Below are positions 40,571-52,854 of a stretch of 64,000 bases of DNA, piece by piece. Under the pieces are notes generated by a model. It did not search any database, was not told the DNA's origin, and saw nothing but the letters and a program-made list of their open reading frames with translations. The position numbers were made by a program, and so were the translations under genes. The first letter of the stretch is position 1. Each line of letters starts with the position of its first letter. Origin of the DNA: Octopus vulgaris (lineage: Eukaryota); contig OX597817.1 in the NCBI GenBank assembly GCA_951406725.2, positions 90,706,001 through 90,770,000 on the forward strand, read 5' to 3'.

Positions 40571-40934
40571 AACTTGCTTGTTAATACTGTAACATGCCAG
40601 GTCCTAATCAGTGAAAGGTAACAGTAAATTAGTCTGGTGGTTGCAGGAATTTGAAGTTCCTGCCCATAAATTAGTGAGGCTTACTTGAGGTTCTAGACCC
40701 TCAGTGACCAGAGAGTTGGTGCAGGCAAGGCTGTGTGGTAAGAAATTTGCTTCCCAACCACTTGGTTCTAGGTTCAGTCCTACAGTGTGACACCCTCAGT
40801 AAGTGTCTTTTGCTATAGCACAGAGCATGTGTGTGTATGTGTATAATATATACACACCAACACCTATAACACAATATGCATTAATTTTTATTTTGTACTA
40901 GAGACATACATTACTTGTTGATTTTGTATAGGAT

Positions 40935-41096
40935 ACATACGGTTGCAGAAAGGTAAGAAACTTGTTTCCCATCAAAATGGTTCTGAGTTCAGTCCCACTG
41001 TGGCATGTTGAGCAATTATCTTCTACTATACACTCAGACCAACTAAATCTTTGTGAGTGGATGTGAACGATGGAAACTGAAAGAACCCCATTGTAA

Positions 41097-41192
<96 letters not shown>

Positions 41193-41345
41193 TATAAGTG
41201 TATGTGTGTGCGTTTTTCCCCACAACTACCTAACAACAAAGCTTAAAAACAAAAAAAGTACTGGGGTCAATTTGTTTGACTAAAAACCCTTCAAGGTGGT
41301 GACCTAGCATGGCTGTAGTCTAATGACTGAAACAAGGGAAAGATA
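40935..41345 (+). mobile_element. SINE family A copy, degraded
   Basis: Conserved family A motifs with a long internal (TA)n. Confidence 0.75.
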
Positions 41346-41989
41346 TAAAAATATGAAAGTTTTTCTTTCTATAAAATTGACATTTTTAATATTTGAAAAT
41401 CTAAGATACAATTTTGAAAATACTTCAGAAAATATAAACAAATTCAATTTTCATTTAAATGTTATGCTAGAGTGTGATCTACTGCATTGTCAAAGAATTG
41501 AAAGGAAAATGAACAATCAAAATGGAAATGATGAAGTAGTGTTCCTTCTCAAACCAAACCACACTAATATGAAGCTATGCAAATTGAGTACCACGTAAAC
41601 TGAGGGACAGTTGTATATGTATGTGTGTGTGTATAGGTATATATATTTTATATATACACACACATATATACTAGCAGAGATATTTGGCATTGCTTGGGAT
41701 TAAAATGGCATAGTTTGTATATAATATATTACAGTTATGTTGAAACAGGTGAAATGGGAAAGTGCAGCATTGACAACAAATCATTTGTGAGTAAAGGATG
41801 GGCTAATTCGACTAAACAACATGTCACATCTCTATTTGGAGTATTCTAGGCCCTAACCTGTCATGGAAATTGGGGGTGAGGGTATGTGATTTTTGAACAC
41901 AGCGAAAAGCTGTCAGTGGATATACTCACCTTTGTGGCTGTTGGTGCTGCATCTAACATGACCCATCATCTGAAGTTTTGACACCTCCT

Positions 41990-42801
41990 TCATGTTTGTT
42001 GTACTACATCACTCACAAAGTAAATTTGGAGGAAGTGTAGTTGTCCATTTGTGGGTAACAGGGAAGCAATGAGGTGATAGACTTGCCCTTGAACTTACAT
42101 TGGCGAAAATCCATGTTCAACTATCTCTTTAGACTTACCAAACGATGTCATTTGAAATGCAGAGTTGTATTGTCTGATATTGTTCAGAAAATCCTTTGAC
42201 TGGGTGGAAGTGCCTTCCAGAAGATCCATAAGAGGTTGAGGAAGAGCTGGTAGTGTTGGCAATCTTAACTTACCACATGAGTAGCACATGCCATTAGTGT
42301 CATTTCAAAAATTTAAGAAAATCTCTTCTCCCTTCTCTATTCAGACTCCATCTGACATGTCATCTCACTTATCTTGAGATTCTATTTGACATTCTGCAGT
42401 ATACATTTGCTAATCTTGGGAAAGTTTCATCTCCTTTCTGTATTGTGACTTCACCTAATGTGCTGCAGCATGTTTTGCTGATGTTGAGAAAGTCTCACCT
42501 TGCTTCTGTCTTAAGACTCTATTTGATGTGCTGCAGCATGCATTTACTGATCTTGGGAAAGTCTCATCTCCCTTCTGTATTAAGATTCTATTTGACGTGT
42601 TGCAGCATATGTTTGCTGGTCTTGGGAAAGTCTCATCTTCCTTCTCTCTTAAGACTTCATTTGACATGCTACAGTATGCATTTGCTGATCTTGAGAAAGT
42701 CTCATCTCCTTTCTCTCTTGAGACTCTCGCCTTTGGTTTTCTACAATCCTCCTTGCTTTATAGTTGTTTCTGGAGAGATTACATCTTTTCTTTGGTGGCA
42801 T
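41990..42801 (-). pseudogene. Helitron RepHel N-terminal fragment with 23-aa STPR-like repeats
   Basis: ATG at 42801: MPPKKRCNLSRNNYKARR..., repeats ESQERREMRLSQDQQMHAAARQI (69-bp period), then CYSCGKLRLP..PQPLMDLL..FLNNIRQYNSAFQMTSFG..QGQVYHLIASLLP..FLQIYF; in-frame stops present. Confidence 0.88.
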
Positions 42802-42811
42802 CTTTCAATAT

Positions 42812-43228
42812 TTATTTCTTTATTGCCTACAAGGGGCTAAACATAGAGGGGACAAACAAGGACAGACAAAGGGATTAAGTCGATTACATCGACCCCAGTG
42901 TGTAACTGGTACTTATTTAATCGACCCCGAAAGGATGAAAGGCAAAGCTGACCTTGGTGGAATTTGAACTCAGAAGATAGTGGCTGATGAAATACCTATT
43001 TCTTTACTACTCACAAGGGGCTAAACACAGCGGGGACAATCAAGGACAGACAAAGGGATAAGGTCGATTACATCGACCCCAATGCGTAACTGGTACTTAT
43101 TTAATTGACCCCGAAAGGATGAAAGGCAAAGTCGACCTTGGTGGAATTTGAACTCAGAACGTAGTGGCAGACGAAATACCACTAAGCATTTCGCCTGGCA
43201 TGCTAACAATTCTGTCAGCTCACTGCTT
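42812..43228 (-). mobile_element. SINE family B variant with a ~184-bp tandem duplication, inserted in the Helitron
   Basis: Two consecutive units caaggggctaaaca..gtcgattacatcgacccc..gaaaggatgaaaggcaaag..gaactcagaa; only the distal unit keeps the head. Confidence 0.85.
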
Positions 43229-44789
43229 TTCAATATTGCAAACAAAAAATTATGAACATAGAAAAAATTATACATTAATCTCTATTTTTGTAGGCAGTTG
43301 TATGTATGTGGTATAAACAATATTATAGTCTTATGAAGAGTGAAAGAATAAAAGTGAAACAATACTATAGAGCTGCAAGAAAAAATTGGAAGTTAAAAGT
43401 GAATGAATAAAAGTAAAACAATATTATACCACTAAAAAAATATCAGAAGGGTCGTATGGTGGTGGTGGTGGGGTGCTACAGTCCCCTACATGGGCAAGGG
43501 CCAAAATTTGACCCCTTCCCCCAGAACCTTCCCTGAGTAATGAAAAAAACCACTGAAAAAGTAAATTGGAAGGGTCGTATGGGGGGTGGGGGACTGCAGC
43601 CCCCTATATGGGTAAGGGCCAAAATTTGATAACCCTAGAACCTTCCCCTGAGTAAGGAAAAACCTTCATGCCAAATTTGATACAGACTGATCTGGCAGTA
43701 TGGCCATGCAGAGGAAACACACAGTGAATTTTATAATATATCAGATATATATGTCTTTTGCTATAGCTCAGACTGTGTGTGTGTGTGTGTGTGTGTATTG
43801 ACCAGACTACCAGATGCAGTCAGATATATGTATATATATATATACAGAGAGAGAGAGAGAGAGGGAGGAGAGGGGAAGAAAGACTGGCAGGCAGGTAGAC
43901 AGACAGACAGACAGATAGATAGATAGAGAAATATTGGTATATGTATTCATGCACATACAAATATATCAATAAATTAAGATTTATTGTGGTAATATATATA
44001 AATTTATTAAAAATACATCAAAAGTAAATAAGTTTCTTGTGTGTTCAGCCCATTAAGAAAATTATGTTTCTTTCAAACACTTAGTATAATGTTTGAAAGT
44101 GACAAAGCCTTGTCAAAACTATTGGCTTAACATGTGGATGAATGATATACATTCCTTTTAACTGGGCATCGCACATAATACAAGAAACAAAATGTCTGTC
44201 TGGCATTGTTTGAGTAGAAAAACAAAAACAAAAGAAGTCGACATAGAAATCTCTATATAGTTGCTTGACTTGCAAGAAACAACAGTCAAGTTCCTTTAAA
44301 TCAAAATTCATGTCTTAAAAGAGAGAAAAAGCATGCTGAGTAGTTATGGTCAGAAAGCTTGTTTGTTGTATCAGGGTTGACCTAGGGCTAAAGAATAACG
44401 AAAATAACAACTCTATCAAGGGTTCCTCTGCATGGCTACTTGACCTGCTGGAAGTAATAGCCAAAACTCCATTGAAACTGCATCCTACTTTCTTGAAAAT
44501 GAAGGGATGCAATACAGAGAATCCTTCATATAGTGTGTCTGTTAAAAGCTGGGACGGTTATGACTAGAATGCCATTGATCATGAGTTTGCTCCATTAGGG
44601 TTGATCTAGGGTTGAACAACAACAACTATGAGCTTCATTATGGTTGCTTGATGTACTGGAGATAGCAACCAAATCTTCCTCAAGCTACATCTGAGAGGAG
44701 AAAGGACACATGATATAATGTAGTCAAAGAGACAGAATGATTAGAATACTTGGTATTCTAATACCAGAATGATTATAATACTTGGCTCA

Positions 44790-45050
44790 TGGGTTCTGGT
44801 ACTACATAAAAGCACCCATGCCAATGCCATGCAAAGGCACCCATGCTGGTGCCACATAAAAGAGCCCATACCAGTACTATGTTAAAGCACCCAATACATT
44901 CTGTAATGTGGTTGGCATTAGGAAGGCCATCCAACCAAAGAAACCATGTCAAAGCTGACAGATAAATGGAGTCCAGACAGCTCTCCAGTAGGCCAGCTCT
45001 TGTTAGCCCATGCCAGTATGGAAAACAGACGTTAAATGATGATGATGATA
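44790..45050 (+). mobile_element. SINE/LINE-tail family C copy with ~24-bp subrepeats
   Basis: Repeated aaagcacccatgc units, then gtggttggcattaggaagg...gacgttaaatgatgat. Confidence 0.75.
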
Positions 45051-46112
45051 ATTATGTCTGCTCTATCAGGTTTGACTTGGTGTTAACCAGAATGTATGCG
45101 CTCACGTACACACACACACACTCACACGTGCATATATATAAACACATTTACATGCTAATACATACATTCAGACACGTGAAAGCACATATATTCATACATA
45201 CATGCACACACATACACACAAACCCACTCATCCACATACATAGACATGCAAACTCACAAAATCACATCAGCAAAAATAAGCACACATAGAAGCACATACA
45301 CAAATAGCAACAAATACACAAACTCAAAATGCAAAAACATAGACACATAGACATACACACACACACAAATGAAAGAGAACCTTTATGTTGCCACTTGGAC
45401 AGCTGGAAATTACAACTAATTCTCCCTCATATTACAACCAGCTTTGATTTTCTAGAAATAGCAGCCAAACCTCACAAGCCACCGCACCCAGAGGCTAATT
45501 AACTAATTAACTTCCCCAGAGGCTAATTAACTAATTAAAATTATTACAAAATGACAAGCAATCGGACGCAGTTCTGAATACAAATATCTATGATTTGAGC
45601 AGCAGAAAAGTAAAAATGGTAGTAGAAACCTAACAAAAACACTACCAGTAACAATGACAACTAAACTTTTGCTTGTGTTGTGAGCCAAAAAAGAGAGGTA
45701 CTAGACATGAGGCAACTCTAAGTAAAAGTAAAGGAGTAGAAAAGGTACATCCCAAAAGGGAATAACTCTTTATCTGAGAAATTTACATTAGAAAGGACAA
45801 GTGATGTACTTGCTTTTCTAAAAAAGAAAATAAAAAACATGTTTTTCATGTACTCATGTTAGGGAAACTGAAGAGAGCCTTGATAGCTATGTGGTAGGTC
45901 ATACAATGATAGTGGATTGGTGGAATCATTAGTGCATAGAGACAATTAGTGATGAATTATTTCTTCCAGCTTTCTGCACTCTGATTTCAAAATCTGACAT
46001 GGTCAGCCATTCATTTTCAGGGGTTGATAAAATAAAGCAAATATATAGCATTGGGGTCAGTATAATTAACTCCTTGCCCTATATTTCTGGCCTTGTACTT
46101 GTTAAAAATATC

Positions 46113-46212
46113 AACAACAACGATGACAACGACAACGACAACGACGATGACAACGACAACAATAACGATAACGATAATAATAATAATAACGATAACAATA
46201 ATAATAATAATA

Positions 46213-46265
<53 letters not shown>
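46113..46265. repeat. Compound (AAC/GAC/GAT/AAT)n trinucleotide tract
   Basis: Direct reading of the sequence. Confidence 0.9.
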
Positions 46266-46401
46266 TAAAATTTTTTTCAAGCAAGTATTAGAAAGTTGAA
46301 ACCACAAATGGCATGGTACCATAGGCTGCAGAAAATAAGCCTGCTACACATGCAAGACTCCAGGAGTTCCAACAGAATGAGTTAAAATAAAATAAAATAA
46401 T

Positions 46402-46615
46402 GATTTCAAACTTTGGCACAAGGCCTGCAATTTCAGGGTAGAGAGTAAGTTGATTGCATCAAGCCCAGAATTGAACTGGTACTTAATTTAATGACCCTGA
46501 AAGGATGAAAGCAAAGTCGACCTTGACTGAATTTGAACTGTAAACATGAAGACGGATGAAATGCTGCTAAGCATTTTGCCTGATGTGCTAACAATGCTGC
46601 CAGCTTGCTGCCTTA
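46402..46615 (-). mobile_element. SINE family B copy
   Basis: Conserved family B motifs. Confidence 0.8.
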
Positions 46616-46707
46616 ATAACAACAACAACAATAATTGTTGTGATTATTATTATTATCAATATTATTATTATTATTATCATTATTATTATTATTATTATTA
46701 ATAAACT

Positions 46708-47005
46708 AGGATGCATGGCCTAGTGGTTAGGGTGTTGCACTCATGATCATGAGATTGTGGTTTCACTTCCTAGACTGGGTGGTGCATTGTGTTCTTGAGC
46801 AAAAAACTTTATCTCACATTGCTCTACAATCACTTAGACACTTGATGCATAGCATACCATGCACCTGTTCAGGTAAAGTCGATTTGATGGAGGGAGTGAG
46901 CTAATGTACAGTACATAAATTTGATCACTATAAACAAATAAGTTGTGCAGGTCATTTGGCAAAAGCTGAACATACATATGTCATCTTTGACAGGAAAGTC
47001 CATCA
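46708..47005 (+). mobile_element. tRNA-derived SINE (family E-related head)
   Basis: A-box-like TGGCCTAGTGG, B-box-like GGTTTCACTTCC, then gtgttcttgagcaaa; embedded in (TTA)n. Confidence 0.65.
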
Positions 47006-47029
47006 TTATTATAAAATAATTAATAATAG

Positions 47030-47925
47030 AGACATACTGTCACTTAGAAAAATCCATCTCTAGATTCTTTACATTCCTAGATTCTTCTGTCCATATGATG
47101 TGAGCTCAGTCTTCCAACTTTCCCTACTTTTTCTCAAAATACTCTTGACGTTCTTTGCAATCCCAAACATATTCAAGCATTCAATGATCCAAGAATATGA
47201 TATATTCCACAGTAATGTCTTCTGCTTCATCATGTGCTTTTGGTCTTTTCTCGTTGGGAGGCTTTGATCTTGTACCACAATTAAGAACCCCTTCAGTCTT
47301 TGCTCTGAGCCTCATGCTACTCACCCAGTGTTGGGATTTTCCTCTGTCTATTTCTATTTCATTCAGCTTATACTACTATTTGTTATGTAGTAACTTTTCT
47401 TGTCATTGTTTTATCACAACATTCTGTAGTTTCAGTTTTAGTTTAGATCGAACTTTACTGTTTTCTTTATCTCTGTAAGTTATTGTGGCTTTTGCTTTGA
47501 ATTTTTTGGTTACCTTGAAGGCAGAAAGGTTTTTTTTTTTGTTTGTTCATGATATGAAGCTATTTTTATCAATTTTCCTCGATTCTGAATTAGATATTTT
47601 GTAGTCCTATAGTAGATATTTCGTAGTAGTTTTCTAGTTGTATAAGGCCTCTCTGACCATCCATTTGTGGTATATATAGTCTTTCTATGCCAGAGTTTGA
47701 GTAGTGTACTCTAATTGCAGACATAATTTTCTTTGCTTTCCTGTCTAGTCTTGCTAGTTCATTAAGTGTCCACTTAAGAATATTATAGCTGTAACTTATA
47801 ACTAGAACAGCTAAAGTATTCATACCTATTACATTTTGTGTTTTTTTACATTTAGCTCTTTAAATCTAATCTATCTATAATATTCCTTTCTTGATACTTT
47901 TATTTGTATTTACTATACCCTATAT
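47030..47925 (-). pseudogene. Two R4/Dong-type RT fragments in non-colinear order
   Basis: MNTLAVLVISYSYNILKWT..LDRK..HYSNSGIERLYIP..GQRGLIQLE (47823-47590) precedes YSWIIECLNMFGIAKNV..SWKTELT (47200-47070), which lies upstream in an intact element. Confidence 0.75.
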
Positions 47926-47954
47926 AGTTCATTGATTAAATAATAATAATAATA

Positions 47955-47986
<32 letters not shown>

Positions 47987-48000
47987 AATAATAATAATAA

Positions 48001-48470
48001 TGGTATAAAAGGTGGGCTACAGCAAATATTCTTCTAAATACCAAAGATTTCCATGTCAGTTGTTTGACCATAACAGGCTGAGCATGTCCCTTAGTGGCTG
48101 ACGATATGTGCATATCTGACCATGAACAGAAGTAGTGGGGGAGTATCATAGCCATGTGTTAAGAGGAATTCTTTAGGGTTTGGATAATTCACCACTGGAA
48201 ACATTGGTGTTTCATTCAACATCCTTAAACAACTCTTATACAGGGACCTTTTGCATGGGATGAGCCACTCAACCTGAAGAAAATTCTAACTGGGCCCCAC
48301 CTGCAAAGTCATGCACTTTAACCTTAATTTGAGATCACCATGTCGCGCACGTATGGTTGTGATTCATGTGCCTGGTGTACTCTTATCAGACGTGTAGTCA
48401 TGATGGGTATATTGGGCTTTGTATATTTTACTCCAATGTCATTTTGATGACATGCACTGCTCTCTCACTC

Positions 48471-48472
<2 letters not shown>
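48001..48472 (+). mobile_element. (AAT)n-tailed retroelement 3' end (same family as 19752-20307)
   Basis: Near-identical blocks gagcatgtcccttagtggctgacgatatgtgc, gaagaaaattctaactgggccccacctgca, ctctcactcaataat. Confidence 0.85.
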
Positions 48473-48523
<51 letters not shown>

Positions 48524-48525
<2 letters not shown>

Positions 48526-49150
48526 CCAAATGAATACAAAAATCACTACGATAGAGTAGGACAGTATTCACATTGGAAAATATGTAAACACTATAAAATC
48601 AGCACATCCTGAGCCAGTCACTGAAGGTAAAAATGTCACTCTCCTCTGGGATTTTCCAGTCAACACCAACAGAACAATCCAGGCTAATCGAACGGATGTA
48701 GTCATTAATGACAGAGAAGAAAATACTTGTAGGCTAATAGATGTAAGTGTTCCCACTGATAAAAATATATCTGTAAAGGAATTTGACAAATTAATTAAAT
48801 ATAAGGACCTGAAAATAGAAATACAAAAGCTGTGGCATCTTAAAGTGAGAACTGTCCCTGTTATTGTGGGTGCCCTTGGTATGATAAGAAAGGGGTGTCA
48901 GAAACATCTGGATTATATCCCAGGAGAACCATGTCTCAGAGAAATCCAAAAGATTATGCTTACAAGTATTGCCTGCATCCTTATGTGTTGTATTACATGA
49001 AGATATTTTGCTACTGTCCCTGCCTCTTCCCCTCCTCAAGTTTCAGTCATATTGTAACATCTGTTATCCTTCACTCACCCTAGGATGCTGGTAAGTGATT
49101 GTCTTGGTGAGTGATTGTAACAAACATTCAGATTAAAAGTAAATACTACT
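48524..49150 (+). pseudogene. R4/Dong-type RLE 3' fragment
   Basis: YDRVGQYSHWKIC, LLWDFPVNTNRTIQANRTDVVI..CRLIDVSVPTDKNISVKEFDKLIKYKDLKIEIQKLW..VPVIVGALG..EIQKIMLT; begins within an (AAT)n tract. Confidence 0.88.
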
Positions 49151-49223
49151 AATAATAATGTTATTATTATTACTATTATTATTGTTGTTATTATTATTAT
49201 TGTTGTTGTTGTTGTTGTTGTTG

Positions 49224-49258
<35 letters not shown>

Positions 49259-49265
49259 GTTATTG

Positions 49266-49363
<98 letters not shown>
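49150..49363. repeat. Long (TTA/TTG)n tract
   Basis: Direct reading; accounts for the poly-L/N/I ORFs. Confidence 0.95.
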
Positions 49364-49364
<1 letters not shown>

Positions 49365-49657
49365 GCAAAAATAGAAGAGTGCAATTGTTATCAGGTGAAC
49401 AATATTTCAATATCTCATGTGTCTTCCATAGGTTCAAAAAATAAACTTGTCAATCTACTTCATTTTGGTTAATATATAGAGGACTGAGGTAACTCCTCCA
49501 GAAAATATAGAAGCAAAAATAGAAGAGTGCCATTGTTATCAAGTGAACGATATTATGATATCTCATGTATCTTCTACAAGCTCAAAAAATAAACTTGATT
49601 ACAATGGCACTCTTCTATCTTTGCTTCTACATCTTCTGGAGGAGTTACCTCAGTCCT
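49364..49657. repeat. Overlapping direct (86-bp) and inverted (65-bp) repeat module
   Basis: Direct: 49364-49449 vs 49512-49597; inverted: 49480-49544 vs 49593-49657. Confidence 0.9.
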
Positions 49658-49658
49658 A

Positions 49659-49722
<64 letters not shown>

Positions 49723-49723
49723 A

Positions 49724-50162
49724 GCATGGAGAGCTGCCAAAGTCGTTGGCCTGTCAAGTAAAATGCTTAATAATATTTTGTCAGTCCTTACATTCTAAGT
49801 TAAAATTTCACCAAGGTCACCTTTGTCTTTCATCCTTTCAGGGTCAATGAAATAACTACCAGCTGATGGGGCTGATGTAATTGACTATTTTCCTTCTCCA
49901 AATTTTCAAACCTTTTGCCTATAATAGAAAGGATTATTATTATTATTATTATCTTAGGTGGCGAGCTGGCAGAATTGTTAGCACGCCTGGTGAAATGCTT
50001 AGCAGTACTTTGTCTTCACATTCTGAGTTCAAATTCCACTGAGGTCGACTTTGCCTTTCATCTTTTCAGGATCAGTAAAATACCAGTGGAGTACTGAGGT
50101 CAATGTAATTGACTTAATGCCTCCTCAAAACTTTCAAGCCTTGTGCCTATAGTAGAAAAAGA
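49724..50162 (+). mobile_element. Two tandem SINE family B copies
   Basis: Heads gagctgccaaagtcgtt (~49731) and ggcgagctggcagaattgttagc (~49960); both tails end in cctata.tagaaa..att. Confidence 0.8.
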
Positions 50163-50194
50163 TTCATCATCATCTATTATTATTATTATTATTA

Positions 50195-51110
50195 TTACCT
50201 CCGGCAAGTCAGAGCTATTGCTTTCAGTCATGTATGTTTGTTTGTCCATGGACAAGATATCTCAAGAACCATTTGATGGATTCAGATGAAACTTTCAGGG
50301 ATGTTTTGCCTCAGGACTGGCCTGAACTGATTACATTTTGGGATCTATCTGGTACCAGATAAGGATTTTGGATTATTTGTTATATTTACTTTACATAATT
50401 ACGATCTTACATTGATTTTTAAGTCTTTCTCAATTATCTTCCTTTAGGCTGCTTCCAAAGTTTTATTTTCATTTTTCTATTATTAATTTTACTCACATCT
50501 TAGTAGAAACTGATGGATAAAGAAATCAAACTACATAAACAAATGACAGCAAAACCGGTCAATAATTAAATGACACTAACATATTTTTATAATATATATA
50601 TTATATCTTATACATATCAACACTTTACAGTGTACTTCCATACGTGTATACATCTATTCATCGATCTAAAACAACAGGTATACTAAAGGAAGGCCGGAAT
50701 TTAAGAGAACAGAAAACCAAAAGGTCTTATGCTATTCATTTAAAAATTCCTGAGTAGAACTTATAATCATTACCTCCACCTTAGAAACTATTTTGAATGG
50801 TGAATTTGTTAACTTGAAATTGTATTAGATAAGGATAAATTATTTATTAATGTTACTAAATTTTCTACAGCCACCTTCACATTCCATGACAACCATTGGG
50901 ATCAATCAGGTACTGGACAACAATTCTGGATTATTTTTCTGTTTTTTTTACTTAATTTTTGAGAGTGGTTAGGTTCGTTTTTAGCATTCTTGTTTGAGAG
51001 AGCAGTTGAGTTTATTTCAGATATTGTCATTTTAAAAATCCTCTCTGACTAATCATTGAGAGGACACTGGTGTTGCCTTGGCAGAGGTTTGCGCTCTCTG
51101 AGTGCTCGTT
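50195..51110 (+). mobile_element. Helentron-associated non-autonomous element (HINE/DINE-1-like) with an internal insert
   Basis: subTIRs acctccggcaag / cttggcagaggt, short (GTTT)-type repeat, 3' hairpin gcgctc-tct-gagtgc, T-rich flanks; core gggatc.atc.ggtac...ggattattt occurs at ~50340 and ~50898. Confidence 0.75.
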
Positions 51111-51120
51111 ATTATTATTA

Positions 51121-51333
51121 AAATGGTGAGCTGGCAGAATTATTAGCATACCAGGCAAAATACTTAGCAGCATTTTGTCCATCCTTATGGTTTGAGTTCA
51201 AATTCTACAGAGATCAACATTGCCTTTCATTCTTTTGGGGTCGATGAAATAAGTACCAGTTACACTCTGGCCTTGATGTAATCGACTGGCCACCTCCCCA
51301 CAAATTTCAGGCCTTGTGACTTTAGTAGAAAGG

Positions 51334-51335
<2 letters not shown>
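51121..51335 (+). mobile_element. SINE family B copy
   Basis: Conserved family B motifs; a further degraded partial copy at ~51400-51550. Confidence 0.8.
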
Positions 51336-51401
<66 letters not shown>

Positions 51402-52105
51402 AGATATTGGAGTGTCTGAGTTGAAATTCCACTCAGGTCAAATTTGTTTTTCTGGAGCTGTTGAAATAAATAACTAGTCAAATACTGTGATTGAGTTTAT
51501 CAATTAACCCTTCTTCACAAAATTTTTGACATTGTGCCTAAATTAGAAACTATTATCATTAATATTATTAAATAATAGATAATGACAGAAGCAGTACTAT
51601 CTCCAAAGGGTAATCTTGATCTCCAACTTCATGTGGAGGTTGTGTTAGAACACAAAATACTGCACTATTTATTTTGAGAGGACCTCCCATAAGGATTCAA
51701 GGTGCATAAAAGCAGTCATAATTATATTGTCAACAGACAAGAGCCATCTGCTATGGATGCTAGAACTGCTAGAGCATGCACTTTTACCTTACTATGGGTT
51801 CCTCAGTGACAGATGTCCAGCAGCAGCATGACAACTGAATCTCCTGTCAACAATACATAGAATCACAGTGACCATTTAGGCACTGGTGTCAACCAATGTT
51901 AGTGTCTAATAAAAAAAAACAGCAAGTGATATACACGTTCATTAACAGCATCATCATTTTTACTTACATTTTTTCATGTTGGCATGGGGCAAATTCTGAA
52001 GCATTATGTGACCAGCAGAAAATAAATAAGTAATGTGTATTTTCTATAGAACACATAGAAAGTATAGTGTATGTCCCCAAATATTGTACATAGCGCATCT
52101 TTTAT

Positions 52106-52388
52106 CTTTTACTTGTTTCAGTCATTAGACTTCAGCCATCTTGGGGCAACGCCTTGAAAAATTTTTCTCAAATGAATCAACCTCAGTACTTAAGTATTTT
52201 TAAGCTTGGTACTTAATCTATCTTTTGCTGAACTGCTAAGTTACAGGGATATAAACACACCAACACTGATTGTCAATTGGTGGTTGGAGACAAATGCATA
52301 CAAACACACACACACACACACATGGCAGGTTTCTTTCAGTTTCTGTCTACCAAACCCACTCACAAGGATTTGATCAGCCCGAGGCTAA
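52106..52388 (-). mobile_element. SINE family A copy lacking the head
   Basis: Conserved family A body and tail. Confidence 0.75.
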
Positions 52389-52854
52389 TGTTGTAGACTA
52401 TCTGACAATGTGTGTTCACTCAGACATTCAATCAACTTGTGTATTGTAGCTGCTTATTGCATTACAGCAGAGATGAGTACTCCACTGTGTCATAAATATA
52501 AATCTCAGGCATACTCAACATGACATCATGTATCTGATGAAATTGCCACTTGCAATTTCAGGAAAAGTGTGTTCAGGGGACTTCACATAGTCGAGTGTTC
52601 AATCTATACTGTGCACTTGAGTGGGAACACACATTTTACAGCTCAGAAAGGAATAAAAAAAAATGTGTGCACACCTACAAGGTTTCTGAGATAAAATTAA
52701 CTTTGTCTTATTTGAGGAAATTTGAGTAATAAGTACTCATATTGATGCTCACATATTATAAAATTTAAACACAAATTTCTGTATACACCCACAGCAACAC
52801 ATCAGAGGGAACATCGTTTCCATCAATACAATTTCACTCAGAATATTAACTTAA

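Larger units (their letters stand above)
41671..43745 (-). mobile_element. Internally deleted Helitron with both termini
   Basis: 5' A|TC(TGATATATTATAAAA) at 43745; 3' decayed hairpin CCCAAGCAATGCCAAA followed by TCTCTG-CTAG|T at 41671; A^T target with no TSD; contains RepHel N-terminal coding sequence. Confidence 0.85.

Noticed and set aside
42360-42730. Regular 69-bp repeats resembling a CRISPR array
   Set aside because: No unique spacers or cas genes; these are coding repeats of a eukaryotic Helitron.
49075-49472. Poly-L/N/I ORFs (also 20202-20537 and 45999-46322)
   Set aside because: Translations of (AAT)n tracts.
52534-52565. CTGATGA-AATTGC-cactt-GCAATT-TCAG-GAAA as a hammerhead
   Set aside because: Extra TCAG before GAAA, the hairpin sequesters the core, no stems I or III and no retroelement context.
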